Source: Macrostomum lignano (Eukaryota). Taken from it: a DNA stretch of 64,000 bases. The DNA lies in the NCBI GenBank assembly GCA_002269645.1, contig NIVC01000684.1, forward strand, positions 310,001-374,000, written 5' to 3'. The position numbers and the translations under genes are program-made. Under the pieces are notes generated by a model, which saw nothing but the letters and a program-made list of their open reading frames with translations, did not search any database and was not told the origin of the DNA. This document shows, piece after piece, positions 34,298 through 47,087 of this stretch (positions are counted from its first letter, which is position 1; each line of letters starts with the position of its first letter).

Positions 34298-35089
34298 ACA
34301 AACTGTGACAGAAGCTGCAACTCGCTCTCCCAAAGGTGTTCACCTGTCTCAACTGCGAGAAGGAGGTCTGCCGCCTCTGTGGCGCTGACTGGGAGGAGCA
34401 TTTCGGCAAGCGCTGCTCAGAGATCGAAAGGGACGCCGAGACTCGACTGCGTCGCGAGTTCGAGGAGCGAATGACACAGGCGCGGGTTCGAACCTGCTAC
34501 CAGTGCAAGACTGCCGTGATGAAGAACGGTGGCTGTAACCACATCACATGCAGGTGAGGTGAAAAACGAGTTTTAGCTTAAGGCAATCCTAGACATGTAC
34601 ATCAATTAGACACCCAAGTATCGAACAGATACATTCACTGAGACACCCATAGACAGGCAAATTCATTGAAACACCCATAGACAGACACAGTTACTGAGAC
34701 CCTCATAGACAGACACATACACTGAGACACCTATAGACAGACACATACACTGAGACACCCATAGACAGACACATAGAGTAGGCACGCAGTTAAACACAAA
34801 TTTTGTCATTTTTCGCCCTTTCAGATGCGGTGCCCACTTCTGCTACGTGTGTCGCAGCTCATTGCCAGCCAGCGATCCCTATAGCCATTTCTGTAACCAC
34901 CCAAATCCCAACGCCTGCGAATGCCACGGGTCGCGCTGTCCAGTGCAATCCAGCACCGAGGAGGACGAGAGTCGGGCCATCAGCGAGCTTCGAGCGCAAG
35001 GCTTAAAGCGTCAACGAGACGAAGGGTTCCAGGAGAGACCGATCGGTCCCGATCAACCTGGCCCGTCGAAACGTTCAAGACATTCTTGA
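30041..35089 (+). CDS. RNF216: RNF216/TRIAD3-like RING-between-RING E3 ubiquitin ligase, about 657 aa, 5 exons
   Basis: Exons 30041-30663, 31370-31814, 32848-33270, 34336-34553, 34825-35089; phases 2,0,0,2; 1974 nt (alternative in-frame ATG at 30005). RING1 ECECCF..CPEGHLFCRPC; IBR CPACNW..CLNCEKEVCRLC..HFGKRC; RING2 CYQC..GGCNHITCRCGAHFCYVC; N-terminal CUE-like LLAIFPDAC. The symbol is by motif resemblance. Confidence 0.88.
30783..31064 (+). mobile_element. SINE family 1 copy B (RNF216 intron 1)
   Basis: GGGGTTGTAGCCTACTGGTTAG, GTTCGATTCCC and CORE-like TGTGTCCTTGAGTAAGAAACTTAACTCTGCATTGCTTCAGTTTACCCAGCTGTAAAATGGG; tail shared with copy A. Confidence 0.88.
31945..32822. repeat. 31-33 bp minisatellite in RNF216 intron 2
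   Basis: Unit GAGAGGAGAGACACAACACAAGACAAACAGGTT. Confidence 0.95.
33340..34305. repeat. (GACA)n microsatellite in RNF216 intron 3
   Basis: GACA/GGCA runs. Confidence 0.97.
34620..34780. repeat. About 28-bp short tandem repeat in RNF216 intron 4
   Basis: Unit ACTGAGACACCCATAGACAGACACATAC. Confidence 0.85.
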
Positions 35090-36872
35090 CCTTATTGAAC
35101 GAACGGGACCTACATGTAACAAAAAAATGACACTAGAAATTTATTAAATGTTATTTTTAGAAATTGAACTCAAAGGGATCTCTTGTTTATTTAATCGCAC
35201 ACTTGAATTTTTATTTTGCATGTCACTACGTTGCATTCCGTCCGTCCGACCTTGTAATATTAGTTTTTTTCAGTTAGCATTCAACTACGCAAAAAAACTA
35301 TAAAAATTAACGCTAAAATAATCTATTCAAGATTTCGAAAGTTTTCTTTTTAGTCATTTTTTATTACGAGTACATGCAAAGTAAGCTCGTGAATATCTCA
35401 GTTAAATTAGTTAAAGTATATCGAAGTTACATAATTCGGTATGTACATTATGGGTGCAAGTATAATAAATTATGTATTTCCTTTAAGTTACCCATGGACA
35501 TCAGATTTAAAGACCTCTTCTAATACGATAATAGATGGAACAATTTTCGCTTTGGAAACTATCTCGATCATAAATCTGAAGCTGTGCAATACACTGTAAT
35601 GTGTATTCGTGAGACGGTTCGTTCCCTCTAATCGTATATTTGTGTTAATAAAAAGGAGCGGAAATAATTCGTTATCGTAGGAGCCCTTGTCTCGCTCCGC
35701 TCGTTAGTTAGTTAATTCCATTTTCCCTAGAGCGCCCAGCTCTTTAGTAACTGTCTGGGTCTTCGAGAATTATGACCATAGATAGTTCAATCGCATGCGT
35801 AAAAGTTCACAGTTAAAATCCATATCACACTGCTTCTGCACTTCTGCACTGACACAATGCAAAAAGCCCTAATCGTTGAAATTGTTTCTTAACATTATAA
35901 CAACAGCCTTGTTTTAAAATGTCAATACAACAGTAAGTCCTTAAAATGATAAAAATGTTCGATCATTAAAAATATATATTACAGAATATCAAGAAGATAG
36001 TAATTGACTTTTGATTTTTCGTGATATTTTTTAACACCCGTGTCGCAATTATACGGCACCTGGCTTGAAAAGCATTTTTCTGCACGAAAAAAACGGCATA
36101 GTAAGCTAACTTCTGCATGCAGATATGCATTTTCTGCATGTATTTTCTAGCTTGGCTGGAAGGTGTGGCGGCAATTTAAATTCTTTTTATAGCATGCATC
36201 AGCCTGTCCGTGTCCCACTCGTGAGGCCATTCTATCCTCGGAAAACACGGCCTTGCAGCCCAGTAATGAATGCAGCGGTGTAGCGCTGCATGTATTTCTG
36301 GCTTTATTTTACGTTGTATTTAATACATTTGCGCACGTATGCACCAGCCGGTTCTATAAGCCACGGGTGATATTGGTAAACAAGTGTACAATTCAAATTG
36401 CATTTTAGCTAGCTATTAAAATAAGCCTGCCTATACATAAAATTTTACCACTTGCCAATTAGTTAGGCTTACACTTTACAGATTTATTTATTGCTCTTTA
36501 GACTTTGGAATCATTTAAAATTTACATAACTATCCAATTTTTTGTTTAGCCTAGGCAAAATGCATATTTAATAAGCTTTCTAGGCTTCTAAAATCTAATA
36601 TAGCAATAGATAAAAACTACCTACCTAGTTGTTTTTACCTAATAGTAATACAAAGCCTTCTATTTCAAATCATTGATTATTTTCTACTATCAACTAGTAG
36701 GTCTAAGTCTAAAATATTTTCTTTTCTTTTGTGTTATAAAGCCTTTATGCTATATTAGAATATGTTTTTTTAATGATAATCAGAATCTTTTTTTCTTTAG
36801 ATCTAAAATTCATTTGGTTCTTCTTTAATTTAAGTAGCTTAGGCCTATCTTTTTATAAGACCTAAGCCTAGC

Positions 36873-37558
36873 CCATGGTCAGGAAGGTGCACTATGTGCG
36901 CCGCAACACATTGCCAGTAATTTTTTTTATTGTGCGCTGTGCGCCAAGTAAAAACAGCATGTGCGCCAAGAAAAAAGAAACGCGCCTTGATTGAAATCGA
37001 AATCGAAATTTGTTACTTTCCGAAATTGAAATTGAATTCAAAATTTTCCAAAATCAAAATTCAGAAAAACAAAGTTTAGTACAACCAACATACATTAACT
37101 TTTCTACTTTTGATTTACTGCTCATGCAAAACAAAATACATGTATGTCTAGCAGAAGTTAGTTTTTTTCAGCCACTGAATAAGTAGAATCCCTCATAATA
37201 TCACCAATAAAAGACAGTAACGAAGTTAAAAAAACTAAAATCGGATAAGAATTTTGGAAGTAGGCATTTCCAAAATTTAGACTTCCGAAATTTTTTTGAA
37301 ATCAAAATTAGTTTTTAAAAAATCTGAATTTCTCGGAAAATCGAAATCGAAATCAAAATTTCGGAACATCTCTAGTGCCAAGAGTCATGTGTGTATATAT
37401 GCCAGATAGCACACATATTTTCTGCTCTTACTGTACGCCGTGTGCGCCAGACAGCACACAAAAAAATTTTTTTGCTCTCACTGTGCGCCATGTGCGCCAG
37501 AAAATTCGTTTGTGTGCGCCGCAATTTTGCGTGGAATTTACCACCTTCCTGACTGTGG
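36873..37558. mobile_element. MITE, 686 bp, with 17-bp TIRs and 8-bp TSD (hAT- or P-type)
   Basis: CCATGGTCAGGAAGGTG..CACCTTCCTGACTGTGG; AGCCTAGC at 36865-36872 and 37559-37566; GTGCGCC motifs repeated near both ends. Confidence 0.85.
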
Positions 37559-37899
37559 AGCCTAGCCTATGTTTATAATGTTTTATATTAAAATGTTTTA
37601 ATAATATTGTTTTATGGGAATCAAAAGTAGGAATATAACTATATAAGATAAAGCATGCCTAGAATAAAAATCTTTTTAAAATAATTAGCCATAGTCTAAT
37701 CAACTATAGACTAACTAATAACTATTCATTGCCACTATAAAAAGTCATGATATCCTTCTAGTTGTGACCTTTTCTTTCCCTCTAATGCTAGGCCTTACCT
37801 TTTTCTTTCTAGCCCATATTCTCTTCTCTAAAGCCTCACCTTCTTTTCCCTTCAGTATTACCCTCCTCTCCAGTCCCACAATGTTTTCCCATTAAATTC

Positions 37900-39250
37900 T
37901 TATCCTTTTTTCATAATTTCACCCTCCTACCCTCTAGCCCCACCTTCCTAGCCTTTAGTTCCACTATCCTACCTTCCAGCCCCACCCTCCTTCCCTCTAG
38001 CCCCACCCTCCCCTCCAGCTTCCACCCTCTTCTCTCCTCTAGACCCATCCCTTCTCTCCAGCCCCACCCCTTCTTTCCAGCCTCACCTCTTCCCTCCAGC
38101 CCCACCCCTTCCCTCCAGCCCCACCCCTTTCCTCTAGCCCCACCCTCCTACCCTCTAGCCCTACCCTCCTTCCCTCCAGCCCCACCCTCCTACCCTCTAG
38201 CCCCACCCCCTTCCCTCCAGCCCCACCCTCCTACCCTCTAGCCCCACCCTCCTTCCCTCCAGCCCCACTCTCCTTCCCTCCAGCCCCACCCTCCTTCCCT
38301 CCAGCCCCACCCTCTTCTCTTCTGTAGCCCCACCCCCTTCCCTACAGCCTCACCCTCCTTCCCTCTAGCCCCGCCCTCCCTCCCAGCTTCCACCCTCTTC
38401 TCCCCTCCAGCCCCACCCTACTACCCTCTAGCCCCACCCTCCCAGTTTCCAACCTCTTCTCCCCTCCAGCCTCACCCTCCTCCCCTCCAGCCTCACCCTC
38501 CTTCCCTCTAGCCCCGCCCTCCCTTCCAGCTTCCACCCTCTTCTCCCCTCCAGTTCCACCCTCCTACCCTCTAGCCCCACCCTCCTACCCTCCAGCCCCA
38601 CTCTCCTTCCCTCCAGCCCCACCCTCCTTCCCTCCAGCCCCACCCTCTTCTCTTCTGTAGCCCCACCCCCTTCCCTACAGCCCCACCCTCCTACCCTCTA
38701 GCCCCACCCTCCCCTCCAGTTTCCAACCTCTTCTCCCCTCCAGCCCCACCCTCCTACCCTACTGCCTCACCCTCTCCTCCAGCTTTCACCCTCTTCTCTT
38801 CTGTAGCCCCACCCCCTGCCTCACCCTCTTCTCTCCGTTAGCCTCATCCTCCTCTCTAGCCCTCACACTTTCTCCTCTCTAACATCACCTTTTCTCCTCC
38901 AACCTCGTCCTCCTACCCTCTAGCCTCTACTCTCTTCTTTCCTTCAATACCCCCTCGTCCCCTCTAGTCTAGCCCTACTATGTCCTCTACAGTTGAATCC
39001 TCACCCTTTTCTCCCCACAAACCTACCCTCTCCTTTCTTCCAGCCCCTATCCTTCTCTCCAGGACCTACCCTTGTTCTCTTTCAGCCTCGCTCTCATGTC
39101 CCCTCCAGCCCCACCCCCTTCTTCCCCCAGCCCCACTCTCTCCTCTTCAGCCCCATCCTCTCCTCCCCTCCAGCCTCACCCTCTCCTACCCCAGCCTCAA
39201 CCTCTTCGCCCCTCCAGCCCCACCCTATTTTCCTATTCAGCCTCACCCTT
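37900..39250. repeat. About 21-bp C-rich degenerate minisatellite
   Basis: Unit CCAGCCCCACCCTCCTTCCCT. Confidence 0.9.
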
Positions 39251-39309
39251 TCTCGTAGCTCTGCTAATAAAATTTAATTATCCTTTTCAGAAGTGAAAAA
39301 GAATATTTC

Positions 39310-40495
39310 TCTTTTCTCTCTTCAGAATGTCCTCGCACCGGTCTTGAGGTCATACCACGTGCCGGAGCGACTGGTCGCAGCAACCATAACTCTCTTCTAG
39401 GAGACCCTGGCCGCCGTGGTGACACCTGACTATCCGACCTGTTCAACACGACCTCAGGGATGCTGCAAGGCGACACGCTTGCGTCCAACCTTTTCGTGTT
39501 GGTGCTCGATGGGGTGCTACGTAGGGCCCTGCCAACAGATGAGGACGGCTTCCTACTGTGCCGGCAAACAAGCAGCCGCCAATCGGAGAAGCGGCTGTCA
39601 CTCATAGGCATACATGCGCAACAGTCGGCCGATCCGGCCGACCGATTTGGCGGCCAATCAAGGAAGTCGCAAAAATGCCCACCCAAAAATAACCCAAGTA
39701 GTAGTACTAAGTAGCTGACGAGGCATTTTAGCCTAATAAAACGTTTTTTTAATAATAATAAAGCCGTTTACCCAAAGTTGCGTTAATTTTGCTTTCGGGT
39801 TTTTTTATATGTAAGTCGCATTTTTGGCCAAAAACTACGTCGCATTTTTGTTAAAACTAAGTCGCACGGCTGACCGAATTTTGGAGGTTGCACATGTATG
39901 CTACTAGGGTCATGGGTTACGCCGACGACCCTGGCGCTGCCCGCCTCTACGGCTGAGGGAGCTCAGCGCATGCTAGACAGCCTGGTTGGTGGCAGCTGCG
40001 GCATCGGTCGGGCTAGCGGTGAACATCGAGAAGACGGAGGTGATGACTGTACCTGCGGAGCTGCCTATCAAAATCACCTGCTGGGACACCCGACGGTCAT
40101 GCAGCAGCTCTACCTCGCTGCGCGTGCTTCACGTACCCCGGCGATCTTGTGCCCAGTGTCCAGGAGGACTTGGCGCGACGCAGGGGCCTGGCCTGGGCGG
40201 CCTTCCGCTCCATCCGAGTCGTCCTACAGAACGCCGCGCTGCCAGACTGCTGCGATCACCTAGCGAGACCCTCCGCAGGCGAAGACATCAGCTGGCGGGC
40301 CACACCATCCACGCGGAGGCCTACTGTTCTCAACCAGTGCAAGACGTCCTGCTGCTCAAGATGCAGGGCCCCTGGCGCCGGGGCTACGGCCGGGCGAGTC
40401 GCGTCGCGGATTGCCTGTTGGATGGCGCTGGGGTGATTGGCCAGGCGCACGCTGTTGCCGCCTTTAGAGAGCTCGCACTGAGAGAACTGATCTGA
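39310..40495 (+). pseudogene. Frameshifted non-LTR retrotransposon (RTE-like) reverse-transcriptase fragment
   Basis: MLQGDTLASNLFVLVLDGVL (QGD motif), GYADD at about 39914-39928, AEGAQRMLDSL..VGLAVNIEKTEVM, DLARRRGLAWAAF, LRRRRHQLAGH; spread over several frames and split by a MITE. Confidence 0.85.
39609..39900. mobile_element. About 295-bp MITE family, copy 1, inserted in the LINE RT
   Basis: TIR CATACATGCGCAAC..GTTGCACATGTATG; flanks CTCATAGG/CTACTAGG (degenerate 8-bp TSD). Confidence 0.85.
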
Positions 40496-41014
40496 CACCG
40501 CCTCCCATTGTGAACTGTTACTTTTAACTCAACTGTGATGGTGCATATCGCGTACTCGCGATTCAATAGCTTATACTTATTACTGTTTTACTTATTGCCT
40601 TCCGGTGTCAATGCTATTTGTTGCGTGTAATATTATCGCAAAATTCAAGTTCGGGTGTCATTATTTAGCTACTGCCGCTGTTCTGCATTACAATTATTAT
40701 AGTACTTCGTATCTACTGACGTAACATTGTACCAAAAATTTTACATTGCATGGCGCCAAAACCAATCTTGTTGAATGCTACTAGCGTAATAGCCGTTTGA
40801 ATCGCTTGAAATACATTGTAATGCCTTGCTGTATTGCTTTTGACGATCTAAACGACACTGGCTAGACTTCACTGATCCATATGCTCCTCAAGCAAGGCAT
40901 ATGGAAAGCAGATTGAACAGCAAACTTAGTGTTTGATTGATAGAGATATTGTATAGTTGGATCTTTGGATCACGGATAGAACCAAGGAATCTAGATATGG
41001 AGGCATGCGGGGGG

Positions 41015-41312
41015 AGGGGCGGAAAGCAGCGGAGCTGTTGGGGGGAGTGGCGGAAAGCAGCGGAGCTGTTGGGGGGAGCGCCGGAAAGCAACGGAGCTGT
41101 TGGGGGGAGCGGCGGAAAGCAGCGGAGCTGTTGGGGGGAGCGGCGGAATACAGCGGAGCTGTTGGGGGGGAGCGGCGGAATACAGCGGAGCTGTTTGGGG
41201 GAGCGGCGGAAAGCAGCGGAGCTGTTTGGGGGAGCGGCGGAAAGCAGCGGAGCTGTTGGGGGGAGCGGCGGAAAGCAGCGGAGCTGTTGGGGGGAGCGGC
41301 GGAAAGCAGCGG
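41015..41312. repeat. 31-bp G-rich minisatellite
   Basis: Unit GCGGAGCTGTTGGGGGGAGCGGCGGAAAGCA. Confidence 0.95.
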
Positions 41313-41334
41313 AGCGGGCATGTTAGCAATCTCC

Positions 41335-42575
41335 CCCGTGAGCCTTGAGCCTGAGCATTTAAGTAACTTCCTCATAAGCTTTGAAATCTAAATTTCACCG
41401 AAAGCCTTAAACTGTCAGCAATTCCCGAAGAGCCAAGGCATATAACTAATTCGACCCTTTAATCTTAGAAATTCCTTAATGAATCATTTATGATTGACAC
41501 GACGATGGCTCTATAATTGAACTCAAACCCTAACCCTTAACCTGCAGCCGTCACAGCATTTCAGCAACTCCTTCTCAGCTCAAGAATTTCAGAAATTCCC
41601 CAATGAGCTTTTGAAATCTTAGCAATTTTTCCCATGAGCATGAAAATTTAGCGACTAACCTTTTGATATCTTGGCACTTTCACACGAGTCTTATGATTGA
41701 ACCCTAACCCTGCCAAGTCACAGCATTTCAGCAATTCCCACTATGAACCACAGCATTTCAACAATTACCCAATGAACCTTGACATTTCCTGAATTTCAGC
41801 TATTCCCTTTAGCAGCCTTTGAAATCTCAGCCATTCCCCTGTGAACCTTAGTATCTCAGCAATACCCAAGAGTCACAGCCTACAGCATTACAGGGATCCC
41901 CCGTGAGCTTTGAAATCTCAACTATTCCCCAATGAGCCTTGATATCTCAGCAACTCCTATTTGAGGCAATATCCCCATGTTTTGCAATCACAGCAATTCC
42001 CCCTGAGCCTTGAGCCACAGTATATTTCAGATACCCCCCATGAGCCTTGACATTCCCTAATGAGTATTTTATGTTAGACAGGCCTATTCATTTATATGGT
42101 TTACGTCTTACTCTTACCCTAAAAATGTCGGCAATTCCCCCAAGAGCCACAGCATTCCAGAAATTATCTCCATGAGCCTTGACAGCAAATAATTTTAATG
42201 AGCCTTGATACCTCAGCAATTTCTCAAATGAACTTTGAAATCAAAGCAATTCTGCCCAGAATCACATCAGTATAGGAATTTCCCTCTGAGCCTTGACAAG
42301 ACATCTCCGAATTTCTCCCATGGGCCTTGATCTGGCCCATGGCCCAGTAAGCCTTGAAGTCTCAATAATTCCTCAGTAAGCCTTGACATCTCAGAAATTC
42401 CCTCATTAAGATCGACATCGTAGCAATTGAACTCAAGCTTTGAAATCAAAGCAATTCTCCCTAGAATCACATCATTATAGCAATTACCGCTGAGCCTTGA
42501 GATCTTAGAAATTCTCCCATGAGTCTTGATATCACAGAAATTTTCCATACCAGCCTTGACATCTTAGCAATTCAC
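41335..42575. repeat. Highly degenerate GAGCCTTGACATCTCAGCAATTCCC-type repeat region
   Basis: Recurrent GAGCCTTGA..ATCTCAGCAATT motifs with variable spacing. Confidence 0.75.
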
Positions 42576-42744
42576 ATTGAGTATTTTATTCTCGACAGAC
42601 CGCTTCTTTTATGGTTGACATGGTGATTCTTTTGTCGCTTTTTCTTGTGTTGAGTTTTCTTCTGTTTAAAGTAGCATTTATTAAAATCTTACTGGTACTT
42701 TTCAATTAATTACTCAGAAAAACAAAGAAAAAACAGGTAAACAC

Positions 42745-43030
42745 TTTAGCAATGGTTTACCATCACTTTAGCAATGGTTCACCAGCAGTTTAGCAATGGT
42801 TTAGCATCACTTTAGCAATGGTTCACCAGCAGTTTAGCAATGGTTCACCAGTAGTTTAGCAATGGTTCACCATCACTTTAGCAATGGTTCACCAGCAGTT
42901 TAGCAATGGTTCACCAGTAGTTTAGCAATGGTTCACCATCACTTTAGCAATGGTTCACCAGCAGTTTAGCAATAGTTCACCAGCAGTTTAGCAATGGTTC
43001 ACCAGCAGTTTAGCAATGGGTTCACCGGCA
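42745..43030. repeat. 22-bp tandem repeat
   Basis: Unit TTAGCAATGGTTCACCAGCAGT. Confidence 0.95.
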
Positions 43031-43739
43031 CTATTCCGCAAAATCTGCATAGGATACAATCATTATTGTCACAGGTCACAAAGATAAATTCGCTGCTTCA
43101 ATGCAGGCTCGAACTGCTGACATCAAAGCATTCTGCTTAGCTTCTGCCGAATACTGCCTGCCTACTGCGGCTGTTTTGGCCTATTGACATGTGGTCGAAA
43201 TAATCTAGTTTAGCAACTTCAGCCGTTTGAAGTTAACCCCCAGAAATAGGCATTTATCCCTACAACAACCTGAAATTATCCCTGCATCTAATCCCGCAAA
43301 AAGACTGCAGTTATTTCTTAGCAGCCGGCATTTATCATCCACTTTGCATTCTACAACTTTTACTAAAATTAAGCATGTATACCCTCAGCTCATAGAATTG
43401 TCCTCTTAGCAAAAAATATTTCACTTAGCAGCCCGCAGTAATCACCTCAACAACTTGTACTTAATATTCCACAGTTAATATCCACTCAAAGCTCAATAGT
43501 TAGTTATTACCCTCAGAAGTCTGCCATTATCCCCCTATTAGTCGGCAGTTTTCCCTCTCAGCAGTCTGCAGCTATACGCTCATACGTCTGGAGGAACTAC
43601 CTCAGCAGTTTGCAGTTGTTTCCCCTCTGCAATCTGCAATGATCCCTTCGACAGTCTGCAGTTCCCCTCAGCAGTCTGCAGTCATTTCATTTGCAGTCTA
43701 CAAGTGTTCAATTAACAATTTTCATTCATCCTCTCAGCA

Positions 43740-44950
43740 GCCTGCAGTTCTTCTTTCAGCCGGCACCTCAGCTCCTCAGGAAACTGCAATTTGCTCAGAA
43801 TTTTACGGCTCACTAATAAATTTTCGATACATATCGGCAGTCTTGCAAAACTCAGCATTTTGCAATACCGTCAGCAGTTTTATTCAGAATGGTCTGCAGT
43901 TTAGCAATTTCATACTTTCATGGAACTATGCCATATACCCATTGATGGGATCAGTACGCTCGTAATACATGTACTCGAAGCAGTTTTTACAAATCAAATT
44001 TGCTTAGCCACTTGTGCTAAATAGCAAAAATACATGTAGTTCATTTAGTGTGCCTTGTTAATTAAGCATAAAACTTCCAATTAGTCGAAGCACAAGCTAA
44101 AATGAAATAATAATTAGTTCAATTTCAATTGTCCGCTGCGAGCCAGACTCTAACCTGGGACCTTACGCCTATCCTAAACCTGGTCCTGTGCCTACAGTGC
44201 GGCTACTCCGCCTATTGATCGGAGGGCGACAAAATCAGCCATATATGCTTTGGCACTGCAGTGAAATACACAGCAGTGATAGGCTGCTCAGTGCACGGGT
44301 TGCATGCAGGCAGAGTCAATGCGCAGTTAAGTGAAATCTATAAATTAGATTTAAGTCTGGAGGAACTAATTCACAGTCTGCAGTTCTTCTCTGGCCGGCA
44401 CCTCAGTCCCCTCAAAAAACTGCAATTTGCTCAGAATTGTACGGCTCACTAATCAATTTTCGATACATATCGGCAGTCTTGAAAAGCTCAGCATTTAGCA
44501 GCATTGTCTGCAGTTTAGTAATTTCGTACTTTTATGGAGCTAGACAATACCTATTGATGGGATCAGTTATACTCGAAGCAGTTTTAACAAATCAAATTTG
44601 ATTAGTGGCTTGTGCCGAGTAGCAAAAAATGATTTGCGAATTAATGAAAATGTTTCAATTGAAATTAATCAAAAATGTTCCAATTAGTCGAGGCACAAGC
44701 TATAAATTATTGAATTATTTTAATTTTAATTATCCGCCGGGGAGGCAGACTCGAACCTTGGACCTTACGCCTAGCCTAAACATAGTCCTAGTGCCTACAG
44801 TGCGGCTACTCCGCCTATTGATGGGAGGATAACAAAATCAGCCATATATGCTTCAGAACTGCATGCAGTTAAATACATAGCAGTGATAGGCTGCTCAGTG
44901 TGTAGGCGTGCAGGCGGAGCCAATGCACAGTTGAGTGAAATCTATAAATA
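43740..44950. repeat. Diverged tandem duplication of an approximately 640-bp unit carrying a degenerate tRNA-like head on the minus strand
   Basis: 43740-44345 aligns with 44378-44950 (e.g. AAACTGCAATTTGCTCAGAATT, CAGTGATAGGCTGCTCAGTG, GTGCGGCTACTCCGCCTATTGAT). Confidence 0.88.
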
Positions 44951-45147
44951 GCAATTTTCTATGGAGTCCGCCAGTCAGAGCCAGGGTCAGAGTGTACACA
45001 CGCAGCCACTGAGCATTTTTTCTCCTTGCACACTGCAACCAGTATTGAAGCTTACACAGTGGAGAGAGAAAAGTTATGGCGCAAGCATAATTGGAATTGG
45101 AATTCAGCCAGTCCAGTCAAGAATTCAAGCTAGTTTGCCCTTCCATT

Positions 45148-45730
45148 AAAAGCATTGGGAAAACTCGTTTTTCGAATATTTGATACCTTTAGCATTAAAG
45201 CCAATTAAAGAAATTTTAACTGTCTTCTTTCCAGACAATTTTGAATCTTTTGGCAAAAACGCGATCAAAATCAGTGAAGAATTGCTCTCTCTAGAGCGTT
45301 ATGGACATTCATTCAAACATACAAACCTTAGAGATTTAGTATATTTACAAGCATACAAACAAACCTTAGAGATTTAGTATATTTAGACTAGCTAATTAGA
45401 GCTGGCTGCCAGCAGCCAGAATAAATTTTTATTGCCCCCCTTTAAGTGAGGCCCAGTGAGTTTTCTTATCAGTTGGCTCTGGCGCAATCAATTAAAATTG
45501 ACTGTGAAGTTTCTCGCTGATAAAATTTGCATTGAAAAAGCCCATTTAAAACAGTTTTTCGAATATTTAATCCCTTTAGCATTGAAGCAGATACAAGAAA
45601 TTTTAACTGTCTTCTTTCCAGACAATTTTGAATCTTTTGGCGAAAACACGATCAAAATCGGTGAAGAATTGCTCTCTCTAGAGCGTTATGGACAAACATA
45701 CAAACCTTAGAGATTTAGTATATTTAGATA
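45148..45730. repeat. Direct duplication of an approximately 200-bp segment
   Basis: AAGAAATTTTAACTGTCTTCTTTCCAGACAATTTTGAATCTTTTGGC..CTCTAGAGCGTTATGGACA near 45210 and again near 45600. Confidence 0.88.
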
Positions 45731-45919
45731 GAAGATAGAAGAAGATTAGAAGATAGAAGTTTAGGAATTTTAAGATAGCTTAGACATTCTGCCATAGACC
45801 ATAGGCCCTAGTGAGTTTTAGATGGGTGCAAAATTTGTTATAATTTAGTTGAATAGTTTAGGAGTCATACATAGGATGCCCACTAGGTTTATTTTTTGTG
45901 CATAGAGTGTGCGTATGCA

Positions 45920-46217
45920 CATACATGCGCAACAGTCGGCCGAGTCGGCCGATCTGGCCGACCGATTTGGCGACCAACCAAGGAAGTCGCAAAAATTCCC
46001 ACCCGAAAAAATACCAAAGTAGTAGTACTAAGTAGCTGACGAGGCATTTTGACTTAATAAGACAGTCATAGTTACTCCTGCCGTTTATCCAAAGTTGCGT
46101 TAATTTTGAGTCAGGGTTTTTTTATATGTAAGTCGCATTTTTGGCCAAAAACTACGTCGCATTTTTGTTAAAATGAAGTCGCATGGCCGACCGAATTTTG
46201 GAGGTTGCGCATGTATG
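45920..46217. mobile_element. About 295-bp MITE family, copy 2
   Basis: Perfect 14-bp TIR CATACATGCGCAAC/GTTGCGCATGTATG; perfect 8-bp TSD CGTATGCA (45912-45919, 46218-46225); body nearly identical to 39609-39900. Confidence 0.92.
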
Positions 46218-46430
46218 CGTATGCACCTTAAATTTTAAAATTGCACCCTGAAATTGAAATGTAGGTGCAGTTTAGGTGCGGTCTCATAACCTATTTTTCT
46301 ATTTAAGCCTCATTCGCACTGCCTTAAGATAAGAAAAGAGAGAAATTGCACTTTGAGCCTTAAAATCGCACCATGAAAGTGAGCATAGGGTGTGATTTTG
46401 CACCTCGTCTTTGGCGAAAAAGAAAACCCT

Positions 46431-47087
46431 GGATGCCCATCAAAACGGCCACATGCGGAATGGCCACGCGACAAAACGGCCACACCATCAAAATGGCCAC
46501 ACACCAAATGGCCACATAAAACAAAAAGGGTTGCAGATCGACTATTTGTTATGTTAAACAGTTAAGGAAGCTTCGTTATGTTAATTATTTTTATCAAATC
46601 AATTTATCAAAATGCAAAAGAAGTGAATGCATTGAGATAGACGAAATTGTATTTTATGGAGCAACCAGCAGTTATGCAAATTTTTAAAAGATGCTAATAT
46701 AGTTATATAAGAAAGTTAAAAAATGCTAAAATGGTTCACAAAGTATCACAAAGTAAAATTTACCACAAAAGTTAAAAAGTTAGGAGCTTGAATGTCACTC
46801 GAAGCTGCACTAAAAAATTCCCATTGCAATCATCTCCAGCAGCTGCTCAGCAGTGATCTCCTGCGCCTTGCTCCTCTCTCTGCAACCATCCACCTTTATT
46901 CTTAATTGACCAGTGCCTCAGCCCCCATGTACGCCACCCCCCCCCCCCCCGATTGTTCATCATTTATCTTTCTACTTAAATGTACATTCAACTCCACTTC
47001 TCTTATCTCTTATTATTATAAATTATTACATCGTGTGGCCGTTTTGTTGTGTGGCCATTCCGCGTATGGCCGTTTTGACGGCACCCC
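46431..47087. mobile_element. MITE-like element with about 55-bp imperfect TIRs
   Basis: GGATGCCCATCAAAACGGCCACATGCGGAATGGCCAC versus the reverse complement of GTGGCCATTCCGCGTATGGCCGTTTTGACGGCACCCC; no TSD recognised. Confidence 0.7.

Noticed and set aside
44130-44820. Two tRNA-like sequences on the minus strand
   Set aside because: The acceptor, anticodon and T stems do not pair properly; treated as a SINE head or pseudogene, not a functional tRNA.
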